This document shows positions 9,607-20,151 of a stretch of 64,000 bases of DNA, in pieces (the first letter of the stretch is position 1; every line of letters begins with the position of its first letter). The position numbers and the translations under genes were made by a program. This stretch comes from Candidatus Omnitrophota bacterium (GTDB lineage Bacteria; Omnitrophota; Gorgyraeia; Gorgyraeales; Gorgyraeaceae), in the NCBI GenBank assembly GCA_041653835.1, contig JBAZEP010000006.1, positions 37-64,036 of the forward strand, in the 5' to 3' direction. The notes beneath the pieces were generated by a model. It was given only the letters and a program-made list of their open reading frames with translations. It was not told the origin of the DNA and made no database searches.

Positions 9607-10173
9607 GTGAAAGAAAAGGATATTTTAAAATTATTTGAGGATACAGGTGCGCTTTTGAGCGGGCATTTCAGGCTTTCGAGCGGGCTTCACAGCGGGAATT
9701 ATTTTCAATGCGCGCTCTTGCTGCAAAACCCTTCTGTAGCGGGAAAGATATGCAAGGAGCTGGCTGACTATTTTAAAGACGATAAACCTACATGCGTGGT
9801 GGCGCCTGCCCTGGGAGGCGTGATAGTCTCTTATGAAACCGCCAGGGCGCTCGGCGTAAAATCCTTATTCACGGAGCGGGTGGAAGGCAAGATGGTCATA
9901 AGAAGAGGCTTTGACCTGAAAAAAGAGGACAGGGTCCTGGTGGTAGAGGATGTTATTACGACAGGTCTTTCCACAGGCGAGGTCCTGGAGGCGGTTAGAT
10001 CAAAGGGATCCAAAGTGATAGGGGTAGGCTGCATAGTAGATAGGAGTGGAAAAACTCCGGATTTTGGTGTAAAATTAAAAAGTCTGGTTAGACTTAATTT
10101 TCCCACCTATAAGCCGGAAGACTGCCCTCTCTGCAAAAAGGGCATAGAGATAAAAAAACCCGGGAGCCGCTAA
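9607..10173 (+). CDS. pyrE: Orotate phosphoribosyltransferase
   Basis: PRTase motif VLVVEDVITTGLST; start assigned to GTG 9607 after AGAAGAGGGG RBS (track start lies inside the palindrome). Confidence 0.8.
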   Translation: MKEKDILKLFEDTGALLSGHFRLSSGLHSGNYFQCALLLQNPSVAGKICKELADYFKDDKPTCVVAPALGGVIVSYETARALGVKSLFTERVEGKMVIRRGFDLKKEDRVLVVEDVITTGLSTGEVLEAVRSKGSKVIGVGCIVDRSGKTPDFGVKLKSLVRLNFPTYKPEDCPLCKKGIEIKKPGSR

Positions 10174-10176
10174 GCC

Positions 10177-10494
10177 ATGAAAGATATCGTTGAAAAGATA
10201 CTAAAGGAAGAAGAAAGGGCCGGCAAGATAGTTCAGGACGCGAAGGAAGAAGCCGGCCGCATTTTAAAAGAGGCCATTAAAGAGAAAGAGAACATCATAA
10301 GCCGCTCGGTCAGCGAGGCGGATGATTTCAGCCGCAGGCAAAAAGAAGATTCCGAAAAAAGAGCTGTATCCGAAAAAGAAAAAGTCCTTGCGGAGGCAAG
10401 AAAGGAAATCGCGCTTGCCCGCGACAATAGAGAAAAGGACATTTCCGGGCTTTCCGCCAAGATATTTTCCCGGATAATAACCATCGAAAATTAA
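10177..10494 (+). CDS. V/A-type ATPase peripheral-stalk subunit G/H
   Basis: 105-aa Glu/Lys/Ala-rich coiled coil at head of V-ATPase operon. Confidence 0.5.
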   Translation: MKDIVEKILKEEERAGKIVQDAKEEAGRILKEAIKEKENIISRSVSEADDFSRRQKEDSEKRAVSEKEKVLAEARKEIALARDNREKDISGLSAKIFSRIITIEN

Positions 10495-10496
10495 AT

Positions 10497-11543
10497 ATGC
10501 GAGAGCTTGCTGCGTATTCTTTCATTAACGCCAAGATAAGGGCCATGATATCGTTCCTGCTGAGCCCGGAGTTTTTTTCCGGCATGCTGGAGGCGGAGGA
10601 TTTTTATAGCGCCCTGGAGCTGTTAAAGGAATCCTCTTCCTACAAGACCGTCATAGATGCCCTGCCAAAAGAAATAAACGACCTGAGGACAATCGAAAAA
10701 CAATTTATAAAAAACGACCTGGATATATACAGGAAGATACTCCGCTCGATCCCGGGAAAAGCGGAAAAAGCGATCATGGAGCTTTTTATAGAAAATTACG
10801 AGATCGAGCAGTTGAAAGCGGTGTTGAGGATATGGAATAAAAAGGCGCCGGTAAGCGCGGAAGAATTCCTTCCTGCGGAAAAAATAAGTTTCGGCATAGA
10901 TTACAAAAAGATCATTTTCGCGCCTAATATAGAAGAGATAATCCTTATCCTGGAAGACACGCCTTACAGGAGGCCTCTTTTAAGCGCCAGGCAGAAATTC
11001 AAGGAAACAGGCTCATCGTTTTACCTGGAGGCCGCGCTGGATATGGATTATTATCAAAGGCTTCTCGCTTGCGCGGAACAGCTCTCCGCCCGCGATAAGG
11101 AGATAGCCAAAGGGATAATAGGCATAGAGATAGATACTGAGAATATAAACTGGCTCATCAGGATGAGGAAATATTACAGCCTTTCCGCGGGCGACATACT
11201 CGAAGGCGTGATACCGGGCGGCACGCGCATAAATAAAGAAAGTATAATAAGGCTTTATACCACCGACGGCCTTACGAATATGGCGGAGAGCGTTTCCCTC
11301 GGCCCGTACGCCAGGATAAAAGAGCTCATTGAGGAAAACGCGCAGCTCATAGAAAACTTCCTTCATGAGGTTTTTATGAGAGAGGTCAAAAGGGCGCTTT
11401 CGGGATACCCTTTTACCATAGGAGTGGTACTGGGATATACGGTGCTGAAAAAGAACGAGACAAAAAATATCGTGTCTATTCTATATGCCAGACATTTCGG
11501 CTGGAAAAAGGATGAGGCGAACAGCCTCCTGAATATATGTTGA
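10497..11543 (+). CDS. atpC: V-type ATPase subunit C (d)
   Basis: ~350 aa alpha-helical protein in canonical operon position between G and I. Confidence 0.6.
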   Translation: MRELAAYSFINAKIRAMISFLLSPEFFSGMLEAEDFYSALELLKESSSYKTVIDALPKEINDLRTIEKQFIKNDLDIYRKILRSIPGKAEKAIMELFIENYEIEQLKAVLRIWNKKAPVSAEEFLPAEKISFGIDYKKIIFAPNIEEIILILEDTPYRRPLLSARQKFKETGSSFYLEAALDMDYYQRLLACAEQLSARDKEIAKGIIGIEIDTENINWLIRMRKYYSLSAGDILEGVIPGGTRINKESIIRLYTTDGLTNMAESVSLGPYARIKELIEENAQLIENFLHEVFMREVKRALSGYPFTIGVVLGYTVLKKNETKNIVSILYARHFGWKKDEANSLLNIC

Positions 11544-13438
11544 GCGCGTCGAGCATGGAATTGATAAGTATAGTTGTCCTGAAAGAAAAAATAGAGGCCA
11601 TAACTCTGCGCCTGCTGAAGCTCGGGATATTCCATCCTGTTGATATACGCCGGATAGAGGATGAGCTGGGGGAGTTGTCAGTTTGCGACATAGACAAGGA
11701 ATATGACGGATGGGACGGCCTGGAGGCGGGGATAAGGGATAACCTGAGAAGGCTTGGCATTTCTCCCGCGTTGAGCCGGGACATAAAGGCGTTTTCGCGC
11801 GAGGACGTCCAGGATATCCTTGCCAGGCTGGAAAAAGAAGCAGGCCCTTTATTTTCCAGGAGAGAAGAGCTGGATTCCGAACTCCAGACGAAAAAATCTA
11901 TTTCCTCGCAATTGAAAGCGTACCCGATGTTTTCCCTGAAGAGGGAATCGGTTTACAGTTTCCTGGAAGTAACACTGGGCAAGGTGGCGGAAAAAAATAT
12001 CACGGTCCTGGAAAAAAGCCTCAAGGATATCCCGTACGTGTTTTATCCTTTCAGAAAAGAAGGGGAGAGAGTCACGGCGCTGTTCATAGGCCTCAGGCGC
12101 GACAGGGTTTTTATAGACAGGGTTTTAAAGGATATATCCTGGGAGAAGATAGCCTTCCCGGAACAGGTGGAGGGGATCTCGAAGGATGTGGAGGCCAAGC
12201 TCTCCGGGGAGATCGAGGTAATAAGAAATAAAATAGAAGAGACAACAGGGGAGATAAAAAAGACGGCCGCGGCGTACCAGGAAGAATTGTCCGGAGCGCA
12301 CTCATTCATCAGGCTCAAAAAATCTTTGCTGGAAGCTAAAAAATATTCGTGCATGACCGATAAGACAGTGCTGCTTTCGGGCTGGGTGCCCAGGGAAGAA
12401 AAAGAAAACGCCATAAAAGAGATAAAGAAAATAGACAAGGAATGTTATATCGAATCGAAAAACGCGGAAGAAGTGAATATCCCCAGGGAAGAGATACCTG
12501 TGAAACTCAGGCACGCGGCGTTCGTCAAGCCGTTCGAATTGCTGATAGACTCTTACGGCATACCAAGATACGGCACCATAGACCCTACGATATTTACCGC
12601 GATAAGTTTCCTCCTTATGTTCGGCGCCATGTTCGGGGATATAGGCCATGGCCTGGTGCTCGGCCTGGGGAGTTTTTTATTGAGGTTCAGCAAAAATGAA
12701 AAAGCAAGACAGGCGTTCGCGCTTATGCTTTACTGCGGCATCAGCTCCATCATCTTCGGGATACTTTACGGAAGTTTCTTCGGGATAGAATTCCATTCCC
12801 TATGGCTCAAGCCCATAGATAATATCATGGAGATATTCAAAGTGAGCATTATATTCGGCATAGTTTTCATGAGCCTCGGTATATTGATAAACATAATAAA
12901 CGCGCTAAGGGACAGGGATTACCTGAAGGTGATTTTTGACAAGGCAGGCCTTGTGGGCGGTATCATCTACTGGTCCGCCATAGGGCTTTTTGTAAAAATG
13001 TCCATGTCCAGGACGCAGGGCCTGAATATTTATTTTATCATAATATCCGCCGGCTTCGCCCTTTTGTTCCTGAAGCCTTTTATAGAAGCGGTTTTTAAAA
13101 AAGAAAAACATAATATTTTTACCGCTGTTATGGAGAGTACCATAGATATACTGGAAGTAGGCATGAGCTATCTGGCCAATACAGTATCCTTTATACGTAT
13201 AGCCGCGTTTGCCCTGGCCCATACGGGATTATTTATCGCCATATTCGAGCTTTCCAGGATAGTGGAGGCCTCTGGCGGGGCGTTCCTGTCTTTTTTGGTT
13301 GTTATTTTGGGAAATATACTTATAATTTTACTTGAAGGGCTTGTGGTAAGCATACAATCGCTCAGGCTGAATTACTATGAGTTTTTCTCAAAATTTTTCA
13401 TGCAAGGGAAGGAAACGTATAAACCGGTGAAATTGTAA
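11537..13438 (+). CDS. atpI: V-type ATPase subunit I (a)
   Basis: Soluble N-terminal half plus C-terminal multi-TM domain, 633 aa. Confidence 0.8.
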   Translation: MLSASSMELISIVVLKEKIEAITLRLLKLGIFHPVDIRRIEDELGELSVCDIDKEYDGWDGLEAGIRDNLRRLGISPALSRDIKAFSREDVQDILARLEKEAGPLFSRREELDSELQTKKSISSQLKAYPMFSLKRESVYSFLEVTLGKVAEKNITVLEKSLKDIPYVFYPFRKEGERVTALFIGLRRDRVFIDRVLKDISWEKIAFPEQVEGISKDVEAKLSGEIEVIRNKIEETTGEIKKTAAAYQEELSGAHSFIRLKKSLLEAKKYSCMTDKTVLLSGWVPREEKENAIKEIKKIDKECYIESKNAEEVNIPREEIPVKLRHAAFVKPFELLIDSYGIPRYGTIDPTIFTAISFLLMFGAMFGDIGHGLVLGLGSFLLRFSKNEKARQAFALMLYCGISSIIFGILYGSFFGIEFHSLWLKPIDNIMEIFKVSIIFGIVFMSLGILINIINALRDRDYLKVIFDKAGLVGGIIYWSAIGLFVKMSMSRTQGLNIYFIIISAGFALLFLKPFIEAVFKKEKHNIFTAVMESTIDILEVGMSYLANTVSFIRIAAFALAHTGLFIAIFELSRIVEASGGAFLSFLVVILGNILIILLEGLVVSIQSLRLNYYEFFSKFFMQGKETYKPVKL

Positions 13439-13442
13439 AGAG

Positions 13443-13508
13443 AGTCCCTCATCTGCCACAGAACTTTGGCGGGCTCGGGACGAATTTTGTTTCACAAAAT
13501 TCGGAGGC
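13443..13508 (+). promoter_or_regulatory. Conserved leader element AGTCCCTC...GGCGGGCTCGGGACGAATTTTGTTTCACAAAATTCGGAGGC (copy 1), hairpin + SD upstream of atpK
   Basis: 37-nt identical to 55355..55391; 8-bp stem cgaatttt/aaaattcg with 7-nt loop followed by GGAGG and ATG. Confidence 0.6.
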
Positions 13509-13512
13509 AAGT

Positions 13513-13833
13513 ATGGAGCGTATCATAAGATGGTCGTGGCGCGTAGTAAAGTTCAGCGTATTTTTTCTATTTGTGTCTTTTTGCGGTTCCGCCTGGGCGC
13601 AGACTACAACCGACCCGGCAATAGTCGGGTGGGCATTTTTAGCGGCTTCTATCGCGACCGGCCTTAGCGCTATAGCGGCAGGCATAGCGGTAGCGCATGT
13701 GGGAGCGGCCGCTGTCGGAGCGATAAGCGAGAAACCCGAGATGGCAGGCAAGGCGCTGATATATGTAGGTCTGGCTGAAGGTATAGCGATATATGGACTT
13801 ATTATAGCTATAATGATATTAGGGAAAATATAA
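13513..13833 (+). CDS. atpK: V-type ATPase proteolipid subunit K (c), two-helix hairpin type
   Basis: GLAEGIAIYGLIIAIMIL with essential Glu; N-terminal extension hydrophobic. Confidence 0.75.
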   Translation: MERIIRWSWRVVKFSVFFLFVSFCGSAWAQTTTDPAIVGWAFLAASIATGLSAIAAGIAVAHVGAAAVGAISEKPEMAGKALIYVGLAEGIAIYGLIIAIMILGKI

Positions 13834-13876
13834 AACTGGGAGCATAGAACTGGGAGTCCGACTCCCAGTAAGACAT

Positions 13877-14179
13877 ATGACTTTTTTTTGCATAGCTGAT
13901 AAAGAATCGAGCCTTGGTTTCAGGCTTGCCGGCATAGAGACAATGGAGGTTTTAAGCCGCTCGGACAGCCTGGAGGCACTGAAGATAGCGCTGGCAACCG
14001 AAGAGGCGGGGGTGCTCCTTGTCACGGAAAAGGCCGCGTCTTTTTTAAGGAACGAGCTTAATAACCTTATGTATAAGAACCAAAGGCCGTTGATACTCGA
14101 GCTTCCCTCAAGAGGCTCGTCCGCCAAGAAAAAGAGCGTGGGGGATTATTTAAAGGACGCGATAGGGGTGAGCGTGTGA
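13877..14179 (+). CDS. atpF: V-type ATPase subunit F
   Basis: 100 aa, SLGFRLAGIE motif. Confidence 0.7.
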   Translation: MTFFCIADKESSLGFRLAGIETMEVLSRSDSLEALKIALATEEAGVLLVTEKAASFLRNELNNLMYKNQRPLILELPSRGSSAKKKSVGDYLKDAIGVSV

Positions 14180-14796
14180 CGGATAAAACACTTTATTCAA
14201 AGGTAAAAATGGAAGATGCCCAGGAGATATGCAAAAGGATAATAGACGACGCGTCATCCCAGGCTGATACGATGCTCTCGAACGCCAATAAAGAAAAATC
14301 CAGGATGATCGAAGAGGCGAATCTGGAAGCGGACGCCAAAAGAAAAGACATCCTGAAGAATAGCGAGCTGGGAACAGAAAAGACGAGGCAGAAAATCTTC
14401 TCCACGCTGAATCTTGAGAAGAAAAAGCTTTTTCTTGAAGAAAAAGGCAGGTTTATAGAAGCGGTATTCGAAAAGGTCAGGCTCGCGGCGGAAGAGTTCA
14501 GGGAAAATCCCGGCTATAAGGCATTTTTGGAAAAGGCCATAAAAGAAGGTATCGATGTCATAGGCGGGGGCGAGGCAGAGGTGTTATATTCTACGATGGA
14601 TGAAAGAATAATAAAAGACGATATCATGAAAAATATAAAAGACAGCGCGATCCAGTTTAAAAAAAGCGATTTTAAGGATATAGGGGTCATTGTGCGCTCA
14701 AAGGATTCCAGGCTTATCTACGATAACACGTTTTCCGCCAGGTTCAAAAGGATGCGCGATGAAATATATATGGAGCTATTGAAGGGAGTGTCGTAA
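14176..14796 (+). CDS. atpE: V-type ATPase subunit E
   Basis: ~200 aa charged coiled-coil N-term, operon position. Confidence 0.65.
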   Translation: MTDKTLYSKVKMEDAQEICKRIIDDASSQADTMLSNANKEKSRMIEEANLEADAKRKDILKNSELGTEKTRQKIFSTLNLEKKKLFLEEKGRFIEAVFEKVRLAAEEFRENPGYKAFLEKAIKEGIDVIGGGEAEVLYSTMDERIIKDDIMKNIKDSAIQFKKSDFKDIGVIVRSKDSRLIYDNTFSARFKRMRDEIYMELLKGVS

Positions 14797-16560
14797 ATGC
14801 TAAAGGCCGCGGGTAAGGTTTACAGGGTCATGGGGCCTGTTGTCGAGGCGGAAGAGGTGTCTTTTTTAAGGATGCTGGATATGGTGGAAGTGGGCCATGA
14901 GCATCTGGTAGGGGAGGTCGTGCGGTTGAAAGAAGACAAGGCATATATCCAGGTCTATGAGGACACCACATCCCTCAAGGCCGGGGATATTGTTTATACG
15001 CAGGGATTCCCGCTGTATGTGGAATTAGGGCCAGGTCTCTTAGGGAATATTTTTGACGGGATACAGCGGCCCCTCGAGGTATTAAAAGAAAAAGAAGGAT
15101 TTTATATATCGAGAGGCGTCCATGTGCCTGCCCTGGACAGGAAAAAGAAATGGGATCTCAGACTTTTAAAAAAACAGGGCGATCATGTAAAGCAAGGGGA
15201 GGCCATAGGAGAGGTCCAGGAGACATTCCTGATAAAACACAGGATCCTTGTGCCTCCGGGTATACAGGGCACGGTAAAGTGGATTGTGCCAGAAGGCGGC
15301 TATTCCCTTGATGAGAAAATAGCGGTGGTAAGCGACAAAGATTCCGAAAAAGAGATCTTTATGTATCAGAAATGGCCTGTGAGGCGGCCAAGGCCTTATG
15401 GCGAAAGGACCCCGATAAGCGAACCTCTTATCACAGGACAGAGGGTCATAGATACCTTGTTCCCTGTCGGCAAGGGCGGGTGCGTTGTGGTGCCCGGGGG
15501 ATTCGGGACAGGAAAGACCGTTGTACAGCACCAGATCGCCAAGTGGAGCAACGCTGATATCGTGATATATGTGGGATGCGGGGAAAGAGGGAACGAGATG
15601 ACGGATATCCTGCTTAATTTTCCGAAACTCATAGATCCCGCTACTAAAAGGCCTATCATGGAAAGGACGATATTTATCGCGAATACATCCAATATGCCTG
15701 TTGCCGCCAGAGAGGCCAGTATTTATACCGGTATTACGCTCGCGGAGTATTATCGCGATATGGGTTATAACGTGGCGCTTATGGCTGACTCGACATCAAG
15801 ATGGGCGGAGGCACTTAGGGAGCTTTCCGGAAGGCTTGAGGAGATGCCTTTGGAAGAAGGATTTCCGGCTTACCTGCCGTCAAGGCTCGCGGAGTTTTAC
15901 GAAAGGGCGGGCCGCGTCAGGACGCTCAATAACGATAACGGCTCTATTACTATCATCGCCTCTGTTTCCCCGCCGGGCGGAGATTTTTCCGAGCCTGTCA
16001 CATCCCACACGAAAAGATTTATACGCTGTTTCTGGGCGCTTGACAGGGATCTCGCGAACGCCAGGCATTACCCGTCCATAAGCTGGATAGACAGCTATTC
16101 CGAATACCTGGATGACGTAAAAGACTGGTGGCATAAAAATGTGGACAAAGACTGGCTTTCCGCCAGGTACGCTATAATGGAACTCCTGCAGAAAGAACAG
16201 AGGCTGCTCCAGGTCGTGAAACTTGTGGGACCGGACGTACTGCCGCACCGCCAAAGGCTTATACTCGAGACGTGCAGCATGTTCAAAAATACGTTCTTGC
16301 AGCAGAGCGCTTTCGATGACATAGACACGTATTCATCGAGCCGCAAGCAGTTTTTAATGTTGAAATCCATAATAAAATTTTACGAAAAAAGCGATGAACT
16401 GATCAAAAAAGGCGTAAACATAGAAGAGATAAGGGGCAGCTCGGCGTACCAGGAGCTCATAAGAATGAGGCATAAATATTCTGAATCAAAAGAGGATATG
16501 GCTAAACTGGCGGAGCTTCCGTCGGAAGTCGAACACTCTCTCGGAGAATTGGAGTTCTAA
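14797..16560 (+). CDS. atpA: V-type ATPase catalytic subunit A
   Basis: Walker A PGGFGTGKT, non-homologous region, 587 aa. Confidence 0.9.
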   Translation: MLKAAGKVYRVMGPVVEAEEVSFLRMLDMVEVGHEHLVGEVVRLKEDKAYIQVYEDTTSLKAGDIVYTQGFPLYVELGPGLLGNIFDGIQRPLEVLKEKEGFYISRGVHVPALDRKKKWDLRLLKKQGDHVKQGEAIGEVQETFLIKHRILVPPGIQGTVKWIVPEGGYSLDEKIAVVSDKDSEKEIFMYQKWPVRRPRPYGERTPISEPLITGQRVIDTLFPVGKGGCVVVPGGFGTGKTVVQHQIAKWSNADIVIYVGCGERGNEMTDILLNFPKLIDPATKRPIMERTIFIANTSNMPVAAREASIYTGITLAEYYRDMGYNVALMADSTSRWAEALRELSGRLEEMPLEEGFPAYLPSRLAEFYERAGRVRTLNNDNGSITIIASVSPPGGDFSEPVTSHTKRFIRCFWALDRDLANARHYPSISWIDSYSEYLDDVKDWWHKNVDKDWLSARYAIMELLQKEQRLLQVVKLVGPDVLPHRQRLILETCSMFKNTFLQQSAFDDIDTYSSSRKQFLMLKSIIKFYEKSDELIKKGVNIEEIRGSSAYQELIRMRHKYSESKEDMAKLAELPSEVEHSLGELEF

Positions 16561-17946
16561 ATGGGAAAAGAATATAATTTAAGGGAATATAGCGGCCTGA
16601 CAGAGATCACAGGGCCTATCTTCGTCATACGCAATATCCATAATGTCGGATATAACGAGATAGTGGAGATAGTCGATGACGAGGGAAAATCAAGGCTCGG
16701 AGTCACGCTCGAAGTCGGAAAGGGTTTCGCGGTGGTGGAGGTGCTGGGCGGCACAAGCGGCCTCGCGATAAAGAATTGCAGGGTGAATTTCAAGGAAAAA
16801 CCGCTTATGATGGGCGTATCCGAAGAGATTCTCGGAAGGGTTTTCGACGGACTTGGTAATCCCCTTGACGGCATGCCAAGGCCTGTCCACGACGAGATGT
16901 TCAATGTGAACGGGCTCGCCATAAACCCGGTGTCCAGGGATTATCCGGAAAATATAATAGAGACAGGTATATCCTCGATAGACGTGATGAACACGCTTGT
17001 AAGGGGCCAGAAGCTCCCGATATTTTCTGGAAGCGGACTGCCCCATGACCTTATAGGCACACAGATCGCGCGCCAGGCGCAGGTAAAAGGCGAGAGTTTC
17101 TGCGTAATCTTCGTAGCCATGGGCGTCAAATATGACACAGCGAGATTCTTCCAGAAAAGTTTTGAGGAGTCAGGGGTCCTGGAGAGGGTAGCCATGTTCC
17201 TGAGCCTGGCTGACAGCCCTTCGATAGAAAGGCTTCTTACGCCGCGGCTCGCGCTCAGCTGCGCGGAATATCTGGCGTTCCGGAAAAATATGCACGTCCT
17301 GGTCATAATGACGGACATGTCTAATTATTGCGAGGCGCTAAGGGAAGTCTCCACAATAAGAGGCGAGATACCTGCCAGGAAAGGTTATCCCGGGTATCTT
17401 TACAGCGACCTGGCAAGCATATATGAAAGGGCGGGCATGGTAAAAGGGGTAAAAGGCTCTATAACCCAGCTTCCTATCCTGACAATGCCCAATGACGACA
17501 TTACCCATCCGATCCCGGATTTAACAGGCTATATCACTGAAGGCCAGATAGTACTTGAGAGGGAAATGTATAACAGGGGCATATATCCTCCCATAGCCGG
17601 GCTTCCTTCTCTATCAAGGCTCATGAAAGATAATATAGGTAAAGGCCTTACACGGGACGACCATCCGTCGCTCGCTTCGCAGTTATTCGCGTGTTACGCC
17701 CACGTGAAGGATGTTCGGGCGCTCGCGTCGATTATAGGAGAGGAAGAACTTTCAGCGCTCGATAAACTTTACCTGAAGTTCGGGGAAGACTTCGAGAAAA
17801 AATTCCTCAGTCAGGGGTATATGGAAAGAAGGACATTAGAAGAAGGGCTGGACCTGGGGTGGGACGTGATATCGGTGGTCCCGGCCGAGGAACTCGTCAG
17901 GATACGCGAAGAAGACCTTAAAAAACATTATAAAAAGAAAACATGA
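16561..17946 (+). CDS. atpB: V-type ATPase subunit B
   Basis: 461 aa, degenerate P-loop region, strong A/B family similarity. Confidence 0.9.
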   Translation: MGKEYNLREYSGLTEITGPIFVIRNIHNVGYNEIVEIVDDEGKSRLGVTLEVGKGFAVVEVLGGTSGLAIKNCRVNFKEKPLMMGVSEEILGRVFDGLGNPLDGMPRPVHDEMFNVNGLAINPVSRDYPENIIETGISSIDVMNTLVRGQKLPIFSGSGLPHDLIGTQIARQAQVKGESFCVIFVAMGVKYDTARFFQKSFEESGVLERVAMFLSLADSPSIERLLTPRLALSCAEYLAFRKNMHVLVIMTDMSNYCEALREVSTIRGEIPARKGYPGYLYSDLASIYERAGMVKGVKGSITQLPILTMPNDDITHPIPDLTGYITEGQIVLEREMYNRGIYPPIAGLPSLSRLMKDNIGKGLTRDDHPSLASQLFACYAHVKDVRALASIIGEEELSALDKLYLKFGEDFEKKFLSQGYMERRTLEEGLDLGWDVISVVPAEELVRIREEDLKKHYKKKT

Positions 17947-18560
17947 GAATCAATATAGCGGCAACAAAAACAAATCTTTTAAAGTCCAAGAAATTATTAT
18001 CCCTCACGAAGGAAGGGCATAGTCTTCTAGACGAGAAAAGAAGGATACTTATAAACGAATTGACCGCCATCATACATATTGTGGACAGGCTCCAGCGCGA
18101 GGCGGATAAAGCTTTGCAGGAAGCATACGCTATTGTGGACAAGACGATTGTATTGATGGGAAGAAAGAGGCTGGAAGAGATCAGTTACTCGATAAACATC
18201 AAGACAAGCCTTTCTATCTCGGAGAGAAGGGTTATGGGCGTAAGCCTGCCTGTCATAAGCATGAACACGGCAGAGAACCCGCCTTACTACAGCCCGCTCG
18301 ACGTAAGTTTCTATGTGGACGAGGTGATAATAAAGTTCAAAGACGTCTTGAAGGTTATCGCGTCGCTGGCTGAGAAAAAAATAGCGCTTATCAGGATTGC
18401 CAAAGAAGTGCAGAAGACTATAAGGAAGGTAAAGGCGCTTGAGAAGATATACCTGCCTTTTTACGAAGACAGCGTGAAATATATAAGTGACAGGCTTGAC
18501 GAAGATTCAAGAGAGGCATTTTCAATGTTGAAACTCATCAAGGAGAGGATAAGAGAATGA
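17943..18560 (+). CDS. atpD: V-type ATPase subunit D
   Basis: [21 protein letters not shown]... typical D N-terminus. Confidence 0.8.
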   Translation: MRINIAATKTNLLKSKKLLSLTKEGHSLLDEKRRILINELTAIIHIVDRLQREADKALQEAYAIVDKTIVLMGRKRLEEISYSINIKTSLSISERRVMGVSLPVISMNTAENPPYYSPLDVSFYVDEVIIKFKDVLKVIASLAEKKIALIRIAKEVQKTIRKVKALEKIYLPFYEDSVKYISDRLDEDSREAFSMLKLIKERIRE

Positions 18561-19033
18561 AGCAGATAATTGTCTCGCTCGCAGGAGGACCAACCTCAAT
18601 AATTACGGCGAAATACGCGATATATCTCGCGAAACTCCTCCAGGTGAAATTGACCGCCATCTATGTTATAGACGAGAACACGTTGCAGGAATTATTGAAA
18701 AGCAGGATATTCGTGGAGATCGAGGCTAGGGAATACGAGATAGACATGGAGCAGCAGTCCAGGCTTTTTATGCAGAGGGTAAGGGCGCTCGCGGAAAATA
18801 AAAAAGTGGAATTCGATTCAGTGATTTTAAAAGGAGAAGTTCATACCGAGATAGCCGCCAAGGCGAAAGAATTGGGCGCGGATCTTTTGGTAATGGGAGA
18901 CCTGAAAGAGGTTTTATCGTGGAAAGAAGCGTTTTACAGCGAAGGCGAAAGGATATTCAGGGAATCGCCATGCCCCGTGGTTGTAGTGAAAAATCCCCAG
19001 GAAGCGGAGAGGCTGTATAAAGAGCTGCAGTAA
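18557..19033 (+). CDS. Universal stress protein family (UspA)
   Basis: 158 aa Rossmann-like; LLVMG and C-terminal VVVVK. Confidence 0.7.
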   Translation: MKQIIVSLAGGPTSIITAKYAIYLAKLLQVKLTAIYVIDENTLQELLKSRIFVEIEAREYEIDMEQQSRLFMQRVRALAENKKVEFDSVILKGEVHTEIAAKAKELGADLLVMGDLKEVLSWKEAFYSEGERIFRESPCPVVVVKNPQEAERLYKELQ

Positions 19034-19051
19034 ATATAGAGGCGGTGAGAT

Positions 19052-19654
19052 ATGTCAGAAAATTTAAAGGGCCTTCTTGAAAAAATAAACCAGGAAGGCA
19101 TAAAATCAGCCGAGGGAAAGGCCAGGGCGATAGAGGACAAGGCCAGGATAGAGGCGGCGAAAATTATCGAAGACGCCAAAAAACTGGCGGACGACATTAC
19201 ACGGAAAGCCGTTCTTGAAGCGGAGAGGGTCAAAAAAGGCGCGGAGGCAGGGCTCAAGCAGGCGTCAAGAGACCTTTTGCTTGGCTTGAAAGAAGACATA
19301 AGAGAGATGCTTAATAAAATTGTATCTGGCGAGATAAATAAGGCGTTATCGAGCGAGGAGATAGCGGTTATATTGGCGGAGCTGATAGATAAATACGCGG
19401 AGAAGAACGGCAAAGAAGGCGACATAAAAGTCCTGGTCAGTAAGGATGCCCTGGAAAAAATAAAAAGCGCTTTTATATCCAGGCTGAAAGATAAGATCTA
19501 TTCAGGAGTGGAGTTCAGGCCTTCCGAGAATATAAACGCGGGGTTTTCCATAAGTTTCGATAAAGGGAAGTCGTTCTTCGATTTCAGCGATGAGGCGCTT
19601 GTGGAGACGCTGTGTGTTTACCTTAACCCCGAAATCGCCAAATTGCTCAAATGA
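19052..19654 (+). CDS. atpE: V-type ATPase subunit E (second operon)
   Basis: Coiled-coil AIEDKARIEAAKIIEDAKK N-term, 200 aa. Confidence 0.65.
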   Translation: MSENLKGLLEKINQEGIKSAEGKARAIEDKARIEAAKIIEDAKKLADDITRKAVLEAERVKKGAEAGLKQASRDLLLGLKEDIREMLNKIVSGEINKALSSEEIAVILAELIDKYAEKNGKEGDIKVLVSKDALEKIKSAFISRLKDKIYSGVEFRPSENINAGFSISFDKGKSFFDFSDEALVETLCVYLNPEIAKLLK

Positions 19655-20151
19655 AAAATAATTATTATTACCTGATCGCGGGACTCCCGATGCTGCAATT
19701 CGGTATGAAGCCCCCGCTTTCGCACAAAGATTTTCTGGAAGAATGCCGGAGACAGCTTAGCGCGGGTGATATGGCCAACCTGGAAAAAAACACAGTGGGC
19801 TTATCGAAAGAGTGGAATATTTTCGATATAAGCCTCAGAAATGAACTGGTAAGGCTGCGCTCGGCAAAGAAGGGCAAAAATCCGGACAATTATTTACGCG
19901 GCACAAAAGAAACAAACCCTTTTACCGAGCCTATGGCGCACTGGGCAGTAAACCAGGATTCTCCCATGGACGCGGAAAAATACCTTGATAAAATAAGATG
20001 GGAAAAAATAGAGGATATTAAACGAGGGCATTATTTTGATACAGACTATCTTGCCGCGTACGGGATCCAACTCAGGATACTGGAACGATGGGACAGGATC
20101 GATTCGGGCGGCGGCATGAAAATTCTGGAAGAATTGACAGGGAAAATATGA
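19651..20151 (+). CDS. Conserved hypothetical of spirochaete/chlamydia-type V-ATPase operons (position of CT309/BB0095-like gene)
   Basis: 166 aa ORF in the E-x-A-B-D-I-K arrangement. Confidence 0.4.
   Translation: MKNNYYYLIAGLPMLQFGMKPPLSHKDFLEECRRQLSAGDMANLEKNTVGLSKEWNIFDISLRNELVRLRSAKKGKNPDNYLRGTKETNPFTEPMAHWAVNQDSPMDAEKYLDKIRWEKIEDIKRGHYFDTDYLAAYGIQLRILERWDRIDSGGGMKILEELTGKI

Noticed and set aside
13449-13751. Minus-strand ORFs 13449..13751 and 55008..55676 sharing ...[10 protein letters not shown]...
   Set aside because: The shared peptide is just the translation of the repeated leader element. Both overlap real plus-strand genes (atpK; glyA/nrdR).
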